Part shown: positions 30,702 to 39,702 of the stretch, one piece after another
How the letters are laid out: the number at the start of each line of letters is the position of its first letter
Position numbering within the stretch: the stretch's first letter is position 1
Assembly: GCA_038321985.1 (NCBI GenBank)
Contig: JBBQFN010000024.1
Coordinates: 13,124-77,123, forward strand
Origin: Cyanophyceae cyanobacterium
GTDB taxonomy: Bacteria; Cyanobacteriota; Cyanobacteriia; Cyanobacteriales; Laspinemataceae
Reading direction: 5' to 3'
DNA length: 64,000 bases
Notes under the pieces: model-generated
What the model was told of the DNA's origin: nothing
The model's database searches: none
Seen by the model: the letters and a program-made list of their open reading frames with translations, nothing else
Translations under genes and position numbers: made by a program

Positions 30702-30762
30702 AGTTCTTTAGATTTGGGGCAGTCGGTGTTGGTTATTGGTTATCTGAAGAGGGGGGAATGGC

Positions 30763-32817
30763 CTACCGAATAGGGGTCCGACGACTGCGGGAACTCCCGG
30801 AGGAGCGATCGCGTTTTTGAGATTTGCTTTTGCCTGGGGTGCGCGGGTTAGGGGTGGCTTCGGACCCGCCGTCGGCGGCGATCGGAATGGTGAAATAAAA
30901 CTGGCTGCCGCAGTCTTTTCCCGCAGATTTGGCCCAAATATGGCCCCCCCAGCCGGTGACGATTTGCCGACAGATGGCTAACCCTAAGCCGGTGCCACCT
31001 GTGGAACGACGCAGTGCACCTTCTTCTTGGTAAAAGCGATCAAAGACAGTTTCTAAGCGATCGCTACTAATGCCTCGGCCCGTATCAGCCACCTTGACTT
31101 CTAGGAAGCGATCGCCACTCCGTTCGGCGCAGATCGTCACTTTTCCATCCGGGGGTGTAAATTTACAGGCATTGTCAATCAGTTTGGAGAGCACCTCCAC
31201 CAACCACTCCCCATCAGCGCGCACCAAAGGTAGATCATCCGGGACTTCCAGGTTCAGGGTGGGTAGGGAGCCAGCTTCGGAGTTGGACCGGGTGCGAACG
31301 CTACTGAGGGCTAAGGAAAGGCATTCGTGGAATGGGAGGGCTTCGGTATTCCATTCCACTCTTCCGCTTTCGAGGCGGGAGAGGGTGAGGAAATCCTGCA
31401 CAAGGGTCCGCATTCTTTCCGCATCATCTAAGGCGGTACTCAGCATGACTTGCCGCAGTTCCGCAGGCATATCAGGGTCGGAGGCTAGACTTTCTAAGCA
31501 GACTTGGATGGTGGAGAGGGGGGTCCGCAGTTCATGTCCAGTAATGGCGATCAAGTTGCTGCGGGTGCGATCGAGGGCTTCGAGTTGTTGGTTGAGGTCC
31601 CCTAAATTGGCATAGGCTTCGGCTTGAAGGGTCGCTACCCCAACTTGGGTGGCGATCGCCTCAACCATGACTAATTCCTCGGCATCCCACTCTCTTTGCT
31701 CCTGTCCACAGTGGTGTAACTCCACCATTCCCACCAATTGATTTTGATAGCGCACAGGTACCATTAACCAGGATTCAATCTGGCACTCCTGGATTAAGTT
31801 CACCAACCGAGTCGATCCACTAATTCGAGGGTCGGTATGGATGTTTTCGACTACCACTCGTTCTCCAGAAGCGACGACTTCTTGAAACAGGGGATTTTCC
31901 TGCAACGGCCATACTTCTCCGGTGAGGGACTTCACCGGCTGTCCTAAAAATTCATAGGCGATCGCCGCTTCTTTATCCGTTGCCTTGCAGCGATAAATTA
32001 AACACCGACAAACATCCAGCGCGGCTCCGAGTTCTCGCACCGCCACTTGGAAAACATCCGCCGGATTCAAGGATTGACGAATCGCTGTAGTAATAGAATT
32101 AACTAACCGTTCTCGACGCTCCTGCGCGGCGATCGAGCGATAGGTTTTGACTAATTTATGTTGACCGGCTTGTAGGTACGTTACCAAGCGCTGTACAAAA
32201 GGTCCGGGGTCTACATCCTGGAAATTTCCTGCCGTTTCCAGCCCGGTGCTGGATTCACGCAATCCATAAGTGGCGATCGCCCGTTCGATCTTCTCCTCTA
32301 ACTCCGGACGATACACCCGCACTCGCTCCAACAATAACCGCGCTACGGTACAAGAAACCTGCCGATCAAAGGTCCAGATCCCCTCAAATCGCCTAGATTG
32401 ATCCATCGATGGCGGCTCCGATGACGCCACCACCGCCACCTCCTTTTCTCGACAAACCAGACAAGTCGAATAGTTCTGTGCCAGCACCAGTAAGTGCCAC
32501 TCCTTCGCTAACCCATCCGTGGGTTCAAAAGCCACAGCCTCCTCGATCTGAGAACTATTTTGAAATTCCGTTTCCGGTGCCGCAAGCACATACACTTGAT
32601 CGCTCTTATTCCCGATGCGCCTATATCGGTGTGCCTCCTGGCGATAAAATCGCTCTCGTTGAAAGCAGGCAATCACCAAAGGCTGATCCGCCCCCGCCAG
32701 GACTTGATCTTCCATCGCATGGGACAGTGCGGTTAAAGAAGACTTGAAATAAATTTGAGTTCTCAGCAGGGGCTTTTCTTGCAGCAACTCTTCCAGCACC
32801 GAAGTAGGAATGCTCAT
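30763..32817 (-). CDS. DICT-GAF sensor histidine kinase
   Basis: YFKSSLTALSHAMED / FQRERFYRQEAHRY (DICT), GAF, GHELRTPL, NACKFT, GGTGLGLAI. Confidence 0.88.
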   Translation of the reverse strand: MSIPTSVLEELLQEKPLLRTQIYFKSSLTALSHAMEDQVLAGADQPLVIACFQRERFYRQEAHRYRRIGNKSDQVYVLAAPETEFQNSSQIEEAVAFEPTDGLAKEWHLLVLAQNYSTCLVCREKEVAVVASSEPPSMDQSRRFEGIWTFDRQVSCTVARLLLERVRVYRPELEEKIERAIATYGLRESSTGLETAGNFQDVDPGPFVQRLVTYLQAGQHKLVKTYRSIAAQERRERLVNSITTAIRQSLNPADVFQVAVRELGAALDVCRCLIYRCKATDKEAAIAYEFLGQPVKSLTGEVWPLQENPLFQEVVASGERVVVENIHTDPRISGSTRLVNLIQECQIESWLMVPVRYQNQLVGMVELHHCGQEQREWDAEELVMVEAIATQVGVATLQAEAYANLGDLNQQLEALDRTRSNLIAITGHELRTPLSTIQVCLESLASDPDMPAELRQVMLSTALDDAERMRTLVQDFLTLSRLESGRVEWNTEALPFHECLSLALSSVRTRSNSEAGSLPTLNLEVPDDLPLVRADGEWLVEVLSKLIDNACKFTPPDGKVTICAERSGDRFLEVKVADTGRGISSDRLETVFDRFYQEEGALRRSTGGTGLGLAICRQIVTGWGGHIWAKSAGKDCGSQFYFTIPIAADGGSEATPNPRTPGKSKSQKRDRSSGSSRSRRTPIR

Positions 32818-33115
32818 TTATCTTGTCTTGTTTCCAGTGTAGGCAACGTCCATTTTTAATCTGCACGGCAATTTTCAGGCGGTCCCGGTATTGCCGAAAC
32901 TATAATCTTTTCCCTATAACAACGTTATCGCACCATGAGCCGACTCCTGCCAGATTCAACAAAAAAGAAGCGCCTTTCAGATTAAGGCACTAGGTATAAT
33001 TTCTCAAACCTTCGGTGATCCAACCCTAATTCCACCCTAAAATTCAACTCAACCCCCGAAAAAAATAAACTTGCTGTCGTTTTTTCTCGGTTTAAGTTAT
33101 GTCTAAGTTAAGAGT

Positions 33116-33131
33116 AACGACTTAAGTCGTT
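33116..33131. repeat. Perfect 16-bp palindrome AACGACTTAAGTCGTT
   Basis: Directly visible; REP-like or operator, function unknown. Confidence 0.5.
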
Positions 33132-33458
33132 TCTTATTTTTTAAAGCCAATCTAAATAAACTAGCCTACTCCTCAATTCCCTTGCGCCCATGATTGAAAT
33201 AATTTTATATATACAGTTGCCGTAAAAACTTCACACGTTCATCTTCCAAAAAGATTAAATTTATTCTATTATTATTCAATAAAGCCCTTACAAATGATAA
33301 AAAAGAACGTAAAGGGATAAACTACGGCTCACTCAGAAATTATTCCAGGGAACGTCCCGATTGATTCCCCTCAACTTCAAACCGACAGCGACTTTATGAT
33401 CAACAGCAAACCCTCCAGATTTGGTGGATCTCCATCCGGTACTTATTCCGAGTGGCCG

Positions 33459-33638
33459 CTAATTCTTTGCCGGAGACGAGGGGGGAGGGGGAACTTTTCC
33501 CTCGTCGCTGGCTCCTTCTACAGCTTTTTCAATAATAAAAGCGGCTAAGTTGGCAACGGGCCGTCCTTGACTGTCAGCCCAACGTTCTAGGGCATCATAA
33601 ACGGCATCGGGAAGGGTGACGTGTACTCGTTTACTCAC
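33459..33638 (-). CDS. CopG/ribbon-helix-helix DNA-binding protein (59 aa, below ORF-track cutoff)
   Basis: Hand translation from GTG 33638: MSKRVHVTLPDAVYDALERWADSQGRPVANLAAFIIEKAVEGASDEGKVPPPPSSPAKN*; beta-strand plus two helices typical of cyanobacterial RHH proteins. Confidence 0.8.
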   Translation of the reverse strand: MSKRVHVTLPDAVYDALERWADSQGRPVANLAAFIIEKAVEGASDEGKVPPPPSSPAKN

Positions 33639-33950
33639 TGTTTTATCTTGCTCTCAACACTTTTATGATACATCGCGGGAGCTGGGATGTACGTTAAACT
33701 TACCAATAGGGAACCGATCCGGGTCACCAGGGTACCTAATTGTGATAAAATAGCGGCTAAGGAAAAACCGCGCCCTGTCTTGCCGGACAGAACGCGGGGA
33801 ATGCTAAGCCTAACCACTTATTCAGAGGACGGATAGGAGATCAAAATCATTGGACCGTCTCAGGTCGGAAAGACGCTGAGATTTTTTGAGACCCTTCTTA
33901 CCGGACCCTTGAGGCACCAAGACAATAAGAAGAATTGAACCGGCTCAGGT

Positions 33951-34083
33951 CAATTGCATAATCTAAGGACAATTAAGGACAATTGAAATTAATTAAGGAA
34001 GCGAAGGACAGTTGGAATCAATTGATTTCAATTGATTTCAATTGCAACCAATTGAAATCAATTAAAGACAATTAAGGACAATT
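33951..34083. repeat. 10-bp-period degenerate tandem array with CAATT core
   Basis: CAATT at 34019, 34029, 34039, 34049, 34059, 34069, 34079; CAGTT 34009; CAATT 33951, 33970, 33980; includes 15-bp perfect inverted repeat 34030-34044/34049-34063. Confidence 0.85.
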
Positions 34084-35244
34084 ATGGCGCAGAAGACGGA
34101 AGGTATCAACCCATCTCCCCTTGATTATGGAAATTTACCCGCCAATGTGGTAGAAGCTGCGGAAGCGGTTGTATGCCGGATCCGCGATCGCATCAAAACC
34201 GGGACCATTCAGCAGATTGAGAACGGGTGCGACTTGCTGGAAACTAAGCAACGCTTGGGAAAAGACCTGTTCCGAGTCTGGGTCGATCGCTATTTTGAGG
34301 GGTCGGAATATCTAGCGGGAAATTTAATCAAAGTGGCGGAACTGGTTCAGCGAGTTCCCCACCGGATTGATCAGATGGCGGGGTGGAGCATTTCAGCATT
34401 AGCGGCCCTCAGTAGCGGGTCCGATCGCCTAGCGGAAAAGATTTTAACCTCTGGCGATCGCCCTAGCGCTACGATGATTAAACAACGGGTACGCAGCGAA
34501 CGGACCGGCCAACCGGCGATCGCCCGTAAGCCTTCCCCAAAACGGTTTAGCCAAGAAGAGGTAAACCGAAAAATTGGTGAGGCAGTCGCCCAGAAGGAAC
34601 GGGAACTCGAAACCTTGCGAATTGAGTTAGAGAAAGAATTCCAAGCCCGAGTACAGGCGGAATATCGCCAAGCGCGGGATGCGGGATTGCTGGCGGCTAA
34701 AACTGAATTAGCGGCGGCCCAGGAATTGCGCGAGGAACTCATGGCTAAAAATGCTGAACTTGCTGCTGAATTGCAAGCAAAAGAGGCGGAGTTAGAAGCC
34801 CATGCGGATTTGCCGCGAGAGAATGAATTAAAGGATGAACGCATTGCTGATTTAGAGGCGGCCTTAGAACGGTCTAAACAGGAAAGCTGGGAAAATACCT
34901 TTAATGAGGAAGCCGCTAAGGTGGTGAATGCAGACTTAGAAAAAGCCTATCAGCCTTTGGTGGAAAAGTTGGACCGGATGACGCACAAGCTCGCCCAACA
35001 AGAGGAAGAACTCAAGGGTTATCGCCAAGGGGGAGTGCCACGGGAGGAACTGCCGGTTTCTGAGGAATCGGGGGCGATCGCCGCTGACTTTGGGCAGTTG
35101 GCTGAAACCCTGGAACTGCCGGGATGGAGTGGTAGAGGGTATCGGGCTTCTGATGGGATGCTTTACACCAATCTAGTCACGGCCATTTCTCATTTTATTC
35201 AGGATTTTCAAGGTAATTCATCCTCTAATTCTCGCTCTTTTTAA
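34084..35244 (+). CDS. DUF3102-like N-terminal domain + long coiled-coil protein
   Basis: DYGNL...RIRDRI...IENGCDLLETKQRLG..LFRVWV...F pattern resembles DUF3102; about 160 aa of E/A/L/K-rich heptads follow. Confidence 0.6.
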   Translation: MAQKTEGINPSPLDYGNLPANVVEAAEAVVCRIRDRIKTGTIQQIENGCDLLETKQRLGKDLFRVWVDRYFEGSEYLAGNLIKVAELVQRVPHRIDQMAGWSISALAALSSGSDRLAEKILTSGDRPSATMIKQRVRSERTGQPAIARKPSPKRFSQEEVNRKIGEAVAQKERELETLRIELEKEFQARVQAEYRQARDAGLLAAKTELAAAQELREELMAKNAELAAELQAKEAELEAHADLPRENELKDERIADLEAALERSKQESWENTFNEEAAKVVNADLEKAYQPLVEKLDRMTHKLAQQEEELKGYRQGGVPREELPVSEESGAIAADFGQLAETLELPGWSGRGYRASDGMLYTNLVTAISHFIQDFQGNSSSNSRSF

Positions 35245-35277
35245 TTAGGAAATTTGGGTACATTGCTTTGGAATTAT

Positions 35278-35316
35278 GCTAGAGGGGGGGTGAGCAATGC
35301 TCACCCCCCCTCTAGC
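35278..35316. repeat. Perfect 19-bp-arm inverted repeat (REP-like, probable terminator role)
   Basis: GCTAGAGGGGGGGTGAGCA-A-TGCTCACCCCCCCTCTAGC, 33 bp after the stop. Confidence 0.8.
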
Positions 35317-35444
35317 TAACCGCCCTAAATTGGGTAATTCTTCGCCATAAGGGGACTGTTTTGCTCCCTACAGCCGCCAGGAAGCCAAAGGTTTCCCCCT
35401 CCTTAATTTTATTATTTAGAAGAGCTTTTTACTTCATTATTAAG

Positions 35445-35833
35445 AATATCATAAATATCAGAAACGAGTAAAGTCGTGACACCGAACCTAGGGAATTGAA
35501 GCGGTTACTCAGGATTTTACTCTTCAATTTGAATAATATCATAAATATCAGAAACGAGTAATACGGAATGCGGTTGGAATAGGTCTTTAAAAACAAGTTG
35601 AGCAATTGTAGGGTGGGCAATGCCCACCCTACGATTTTTAATACTTTTAACAACCGGATTTAGTAGCAATTGTAGGGTGGACAATGCCCACCGAACAGTC
35701 ATGTGGGCAATGCCTCCTGAGCTTGTCGAAGGGCCTACGATTTTTAATACTTTTAACAACCGGATTTAGTATAAAGTCGGGATATCGAACCTAGGAAATT
35801 GAAGCGGTTACTCAGGATTTTACTCTTCAATTT
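35445..35833. repeat. Tandem duplication of a ~90-bp unit, second copy interrupted by a MITE
   Basis: Unit 1 35445-35530; unit 2 35535-35561 plus 35775-35833 (AATATCATAAATATCAGAAACGAGTAA-AGTCG...GAACCTAGG.AATTGAAGCGGTTACTCAGGATTTTACTCTTCAATTT). Confidence 0.85.
35562..35771. mobile_element. 210-bp MITE with imperfect TIRs and TAA target duplication, containing GTAG-type REP palindromes
   Basis: Ends TACGGAATGCGGTTG / CAACCGGATTTAGTA; TAA at 35559-61 and 35772-74; empty site GAG-TAA-AGTCG in unit 1; internal GTAGGGTGGGCAATGCCCACCCTAC. Confidence 0.8.
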
Positions 35834-36097
35834 TTAGTCGCCTGGTGGAACTTAGCAATGCGCTCTAGCTGAGTGGGGACAAAACCCGCTATTATAACAA
35901 TAAAGAAAATATAAAGAGATTAAAAAGAACTACTAAGCATTTTTAATAAATTTTGTCAACTTTCTAAAGAAATACAAATTTGTTGGAGGGCTTGGGGAAT
36001 ATTGGAATTAGTCCCGCTACTCCCTAGAGTAAAGGTTTCCAAAGTGGTTTAAACATCTCTCTCGCCCAAAGAAATTCAGTTAGTGAGGTAGGCTCTA

Positions 36098-39000
36098 ATG
36101 GTAATACAGTCTAAAAAATTTGTAGCCCTGCAAAAAGAATACGCTCAACTCCAGCAAAGACTCCAGGAGAGTGAAACGGTATTCCAGATTAGCTTTAGCC
36201 AAGCCCCGGTGGGAATGGCTCAGTGTGGATTAGAGGGTCAAATCTGGAAAGCGAATGAGAAGTTTTGCGAGATAGTCGGGTACACACAGGAGGAATTGCG
36301 ATCGCGAACTTTCGAGGACCTGACTCATCCAGAGGACTTGAATTTAGAATTAGCATGGGTGAGAAAATTAGTCGCGGCCCAGATAGATACCTATTCTCTA
36401 CAAAAGCGATATTTGAGAAAGGACGGTGCGATCGCCCGAGTGTGGCTTCAAGTGGGTTTAGTCCGAGATGGTTCGGGAATGCCGCACTCAATCATCGGGT
36501 TTGTCGAAGAAATCACCGAGGGTCAGAAGCCGCAGACAGAGGATCGCCCCCATCAGCAATTATTAAACGCCTTTTTTGAAGAGGCACCGTCGGGGTTAGT
36601 TATTTTTGACCAGGGTCTGCGCTTCGTGAAGCTCAATAAAACCCTGGCTCAAATGATGGGGACGACAGAAACAGAACCCCTCTCCAAAACCCTTGGAGAA
36701 GTTCTGCCCGAAATGGCGGCAGAAATTCAGGCGGGAATTGAGATTGTATTACGAGATCGCACTCCTGTATTCGCCCTAGAAGTGTCTGGAGATATCCCCA
36801 GGGAACCCGGAGTGCTGCGATCGTGGGAAGTTTCCTGTTTTCCTGTCACTGATACCCGGGATGCAGTCGTGGGGGTTGGCTGTGAAATTGCACCCATCGA
36901 AGATGAGGTGAGACTGGCTAAGGCTGAACGCCAACGCGCTGAAGCTGCATTGCATGAATATGAGGCCCGATTTCAACGAGTCGCCAAAACTTTACCTGGG
37001 GTGGTTTATCAATACCGTCAGTACCCCAACCCGGCAGAGGATGTCTTTACCTATATTTCCCCCGCCTGTCGAGACATTTATGAGCTTGAACCTGAAGCAG
37101 TCCTCAAAAATTCCCAGTTAATGTGGGAAATGATTCATCCCGAGGATCGGGCCGGATTTGCTCGTTCATTCACCCATGCGGCCCAAAAGGGTAAAGAATG
37201 GCGTTATGAGTGGCGGATCATTACCCCTTCGGGACAACTTAAATGGGTCCAAGGCGTTGCCAAAATGACCCAACACCGGGACTGTGCGATCGTCTGGGAT
37301 GGGGTGATTCTGGAGATTACTGAGCGCAAGTTGGCAGACGAGTCGATGCGTCAGCAGATAGAGATGCTGGACCTTGCCAATGATTGCATTATGATTCGCG
37401 ATTTAAACGATAAGATTCAATATTGGAATCAAGGTTCTCAGCGGTTATATGGGTGGACCCAGGCCGAAGTCCAGGGAAAACATATCCATAGCTTTTTGCA
37501 GACCCGGTTTCCGGAATCGTTATCAGAAATTATGGCAAGTTGTTTACGGGCTGGCCATTGGCGAGGGGAGTTAATTCATACTAAGCGTGATGGCTCTCAA
37601 GTTGTTGTAGAAAGTCGTTGGACTTTGCAACGGGATGCTCAGAAAAATCCCCGAGCTATTTTAGAACTTAATACCGATATCAGCGATCGCAAACAAGCTG
37701 AAGAAGCCTTAAAAAATAGTGAAGCCCGCTTCCGTACAACCTTTGAACAAGCAGCAGTAGGCGTGGGTCATGTCAATTTTGAGGGGCGGTTTATCCGAAT
37801 CAATCAACGTTTCTGCGACATTGCGGGTTATTCAAAAGAGGAAATGCTTTCTCTAACTTTTCAGGAAATTACTCATCCCCAAGATTTAGAAATAGACGTG
37901 AATTTGTCCCAACAGGTGAAGCAGGAGCAAATTTCTCATTACTCCATTGAAAAGCGTTATCTTCGCAAAGATAATACTTTAATTTGGGTCAATTTAACGG
38001 TGGCAATGGAGCAAGAGGGGAGCTATTGGATTGCGGTCGTAGAAGATATCAGCGAGCGCAAAAAATCTGAAGCCGCACGGCTCGAAAGTGAGGCAAAACT
38101 TCTCGAAAAAGTTGAACGAGAGAAACTGCTCAATCGGCTAACTTCCCAAATCCGCAATTCCCTAGATTTGAATACTATTTTGCAAACCCTTGTAGCGGAA
38201 CTCCATCGGCTTTTAAATCTTGACCACTGTTACTTTTTATGGCAGCAAACCGAACCGACCCCGGTTTGGGCTTGCGTTTACGAAGCTAAACGACCCCATT
38301 TAAACAGTTTCTTAGGGACATACCCGATCGAAGAAGCTAGCCCTTTGCAACGGAAGTTGCTGGATATGGAAACGATCTCTTGTGATGATCTGGTGCAATC
38401 GCCGGATCCGTGCTGGCATAATATTTACTTGGAGGTGGGCTTTACCTCGTTTTTCTCAGTTCCCGTCCGCAAAAGTAATGGAAATTTAGGGGTAATTTGT
38501 TGTGCCAATTTGAGCGAACCCCGCCCCTGGAAAGCGTCGGAAATAGACTTGTTATCAGCGGTACGGGAATGTCTGGAAATTGCCATTTTTCAAGCAGAGC
38601 TGTATAATGAAGCCACGGCGCGATCGCAAGAACTAGAACAAACGCTCAAGCAGCTCCAAAAAGCCCAAACCCAACTCATCCAAAGTGAGAAAATGGCCAG
38701 CTTAGGTCAATTGGTGGCGGGAATTGCTCACGAGATTAATAATCCTACTAGCTTTATTTTTGGAAATATAATCCATGCGCGAGAGTATTTGTCAGACTTG
38801 CTAGAAGTAGTTGATCTGTATGAGACACAATATCCTAATCCAGTAACCGCCATTTCTGATAAGGCAGAGGGCGTGGATTTAGAGTATTTGAAAAAAGATT
38901 TTCCTAAACTTCTGGATTCCATGGAACAAGGGGCCGTTCGCATCCGACAAATTGTTACCTCCTTGCGAACTTTTTCCCGCTTTGATGAAGCTCCGTTCAA

Positions 39001-39514
39001 AGATGTTGATATTCATTCGGGGATTGAAAGTGCATTAATGATTTTAACCAATCGGTTAAACTCTCAAAGTAATCGCCCGAAAATTGAAGTGATTAGAACC
39101 TATGAAACGCTTCCGAAAGTGGAGTGTTTTGCTAGTGAACTGAATCAAGTCTTTATGAATATTCTCACGAATGCGATCGACGCGATTGAAGATGCCTATC
39201 GACATCGCGATCGCACTGAAGCCGGTAAAATTTGGATTCAGACTCAGGTGGTAGAAGGCGATAGTGTGGCGATACAGATTAAAGATAATGGCTGTGGCAT
39301 TCCGGAAAATTCTCTTCCCCGTCTCTTCGATCCATTTTTTACGACTAAACCTATCGGTCAAGGAACGGGGTTAGGATTAGCAACCAGTTATCAAATTGCC
39401 GTTGATCGGCATAAAGGTCAACTTAAATGTAGCTCACAATTAGGAATAGGGACTGAATTTATCATTGAAATTCCAATTCACCAGAAGAAATTGGGGAAGG
39501 ATGGAATAGGATGA
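36098..39514 (+). CDS. Multi-PAS/GAF sensor histidine kinase
   Basis: About five PAS/PAC repeats (THPEDL, IHPEDR, THPQDL), GAF, VAGIAHEINNP, FFTTKPIGQGTGLGL. Confidence 0.9.
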   Translation: MVIQSKKFVALQKEYAQLQQRLQESETVFQISFSQAPVGMAQCGLEGQIWKANEKFCEIVGYTQEELRSRTFEDLTHPEDLNLELAWVRKLVAAQIDTYSLQKRYLRKDGAIARVWLQVGLVRDGSGMPHSIIGFVEEITEGQKPQTEDRPHQQLLNAFFEEAPSGLVIFDQGLRFVKLNKTLAQMMGTTETEPLSKTLGEVLPEMAAEIQAGIEIVLRDRTPVFALEVSGDIPREPGVLRSWEVSCFPVTDTRDAVVGVGCEIAPIEDEVRLAKAERQRAEAALHEYEARFQRVAKTLPGVVYQYRQYPNPAEDVFTYISPACRDIYELEPEAVLKNSQLMWEMIHPEDRAGFARSFTHAAQKGKEWRYEWRIITPSGQLKWVQGVAKMTQHRDCAIVWDGVILEITERKLADESMRQQIEMLDLANDCIMIRDLNDKIQYWNQGSQRLYGWTQAEVQGKHIHSFLQTRFPESLSEIMASCLRAGHWRGELIHTKRDGSQVVVESRWTLQRDAQKNPRAILELNTDISDRKQAEEALKNSEARFRTTFEQAAVGVGHVNFEGRFIRINQRFCDIAGYSKEEMLSLTFQEITHPQDLEIDVNLSQQVKQEQISHYSIEKRYLRKDNTLIWVNLTVAMEQEGSYWIAVVEDISERKKSEAARLESEAKLLEKVEREKLLNRLTSQIRNSLDLNTILQTLVAELHRLLNLDHCYFLWQQTEPTPVWACVYEAKRPHLNSFLGTYPIEEASPLQRKLLDMETISCDDLVQSPDPCWHNIYLEVGFTSFFSVPVRKSNGNLGVICCANLSEPRPWKASEIDLLSAVRECLEIAIFQAELYNEATARSQELEQTLKQLQKAQTQLIQSEKMASLGQLVAGIAHEINNPTSFIFGNIIHAREYLSDLLEVVDLYETQYPNPVTAISDKAEGVDLEYLKKDFPKLLDSMEQGAVRIRQIVTSLRTFSRFDEAPFKDVDIHSGIESALMILTNRLNSQSNRPKIEVIRTYETLPKVECFASELNQVFMNILTNAIDAIEDAYRHRDRTEAGKIWIQTQVVEGDSVAIQIKDNGCGIPENSLPRLFDPFFTTKPIGQGTGLGLATSYQIAVDRHKGQLKCSSQLGIGTEFIIEIPIHQKKLGKDGIG

Positions 39515-39702
39515 TTTCAAAACACAGGATGAAGAATAAAGGATTGGATTTGCCCCTCTCCCTAAATATCCCCCGCCGCCCCATCTGCCCCCGAGGCTGA
39601 AAAAATATAGATGACGGGCGTTAGCTACAATAGCAATCAAGGTAGAGTAGAATTAAAGCAGATAACTCAAAGAGAGTACCGGGGAGAGGAGAACAATATA
39701 TC

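Noticed and set aside
31070..31615. 181-aa plus-strand ORF and similar antisense ORFs throughout (e.g. 34371-34844, 48508-48891, 20775-21203)
   Set aside because: Shadow frames opposite well-supported genes
33635..33836. Short ORFs (60 aa minus, 49 aa plus from 33687) between the RHH gene and the array
   Set aside because: No motif or convincing RBS; probably promoter DNA
33951..34083. Possible CRISPR array
   Set aside because: Period is 10 bp with no unique spacers, and no cas genes are in the window
35429..35759. Two short ORFs beginning MLKVLKIVG
   Set aside because: Translations of the MITE/REP repeats, not genes
35445..35833. Possible mini-CRISPR (27-bp repeat seen twice)
   Set aside because: Fully explained by a 90-bp tandem duplication plus a MITE insertion
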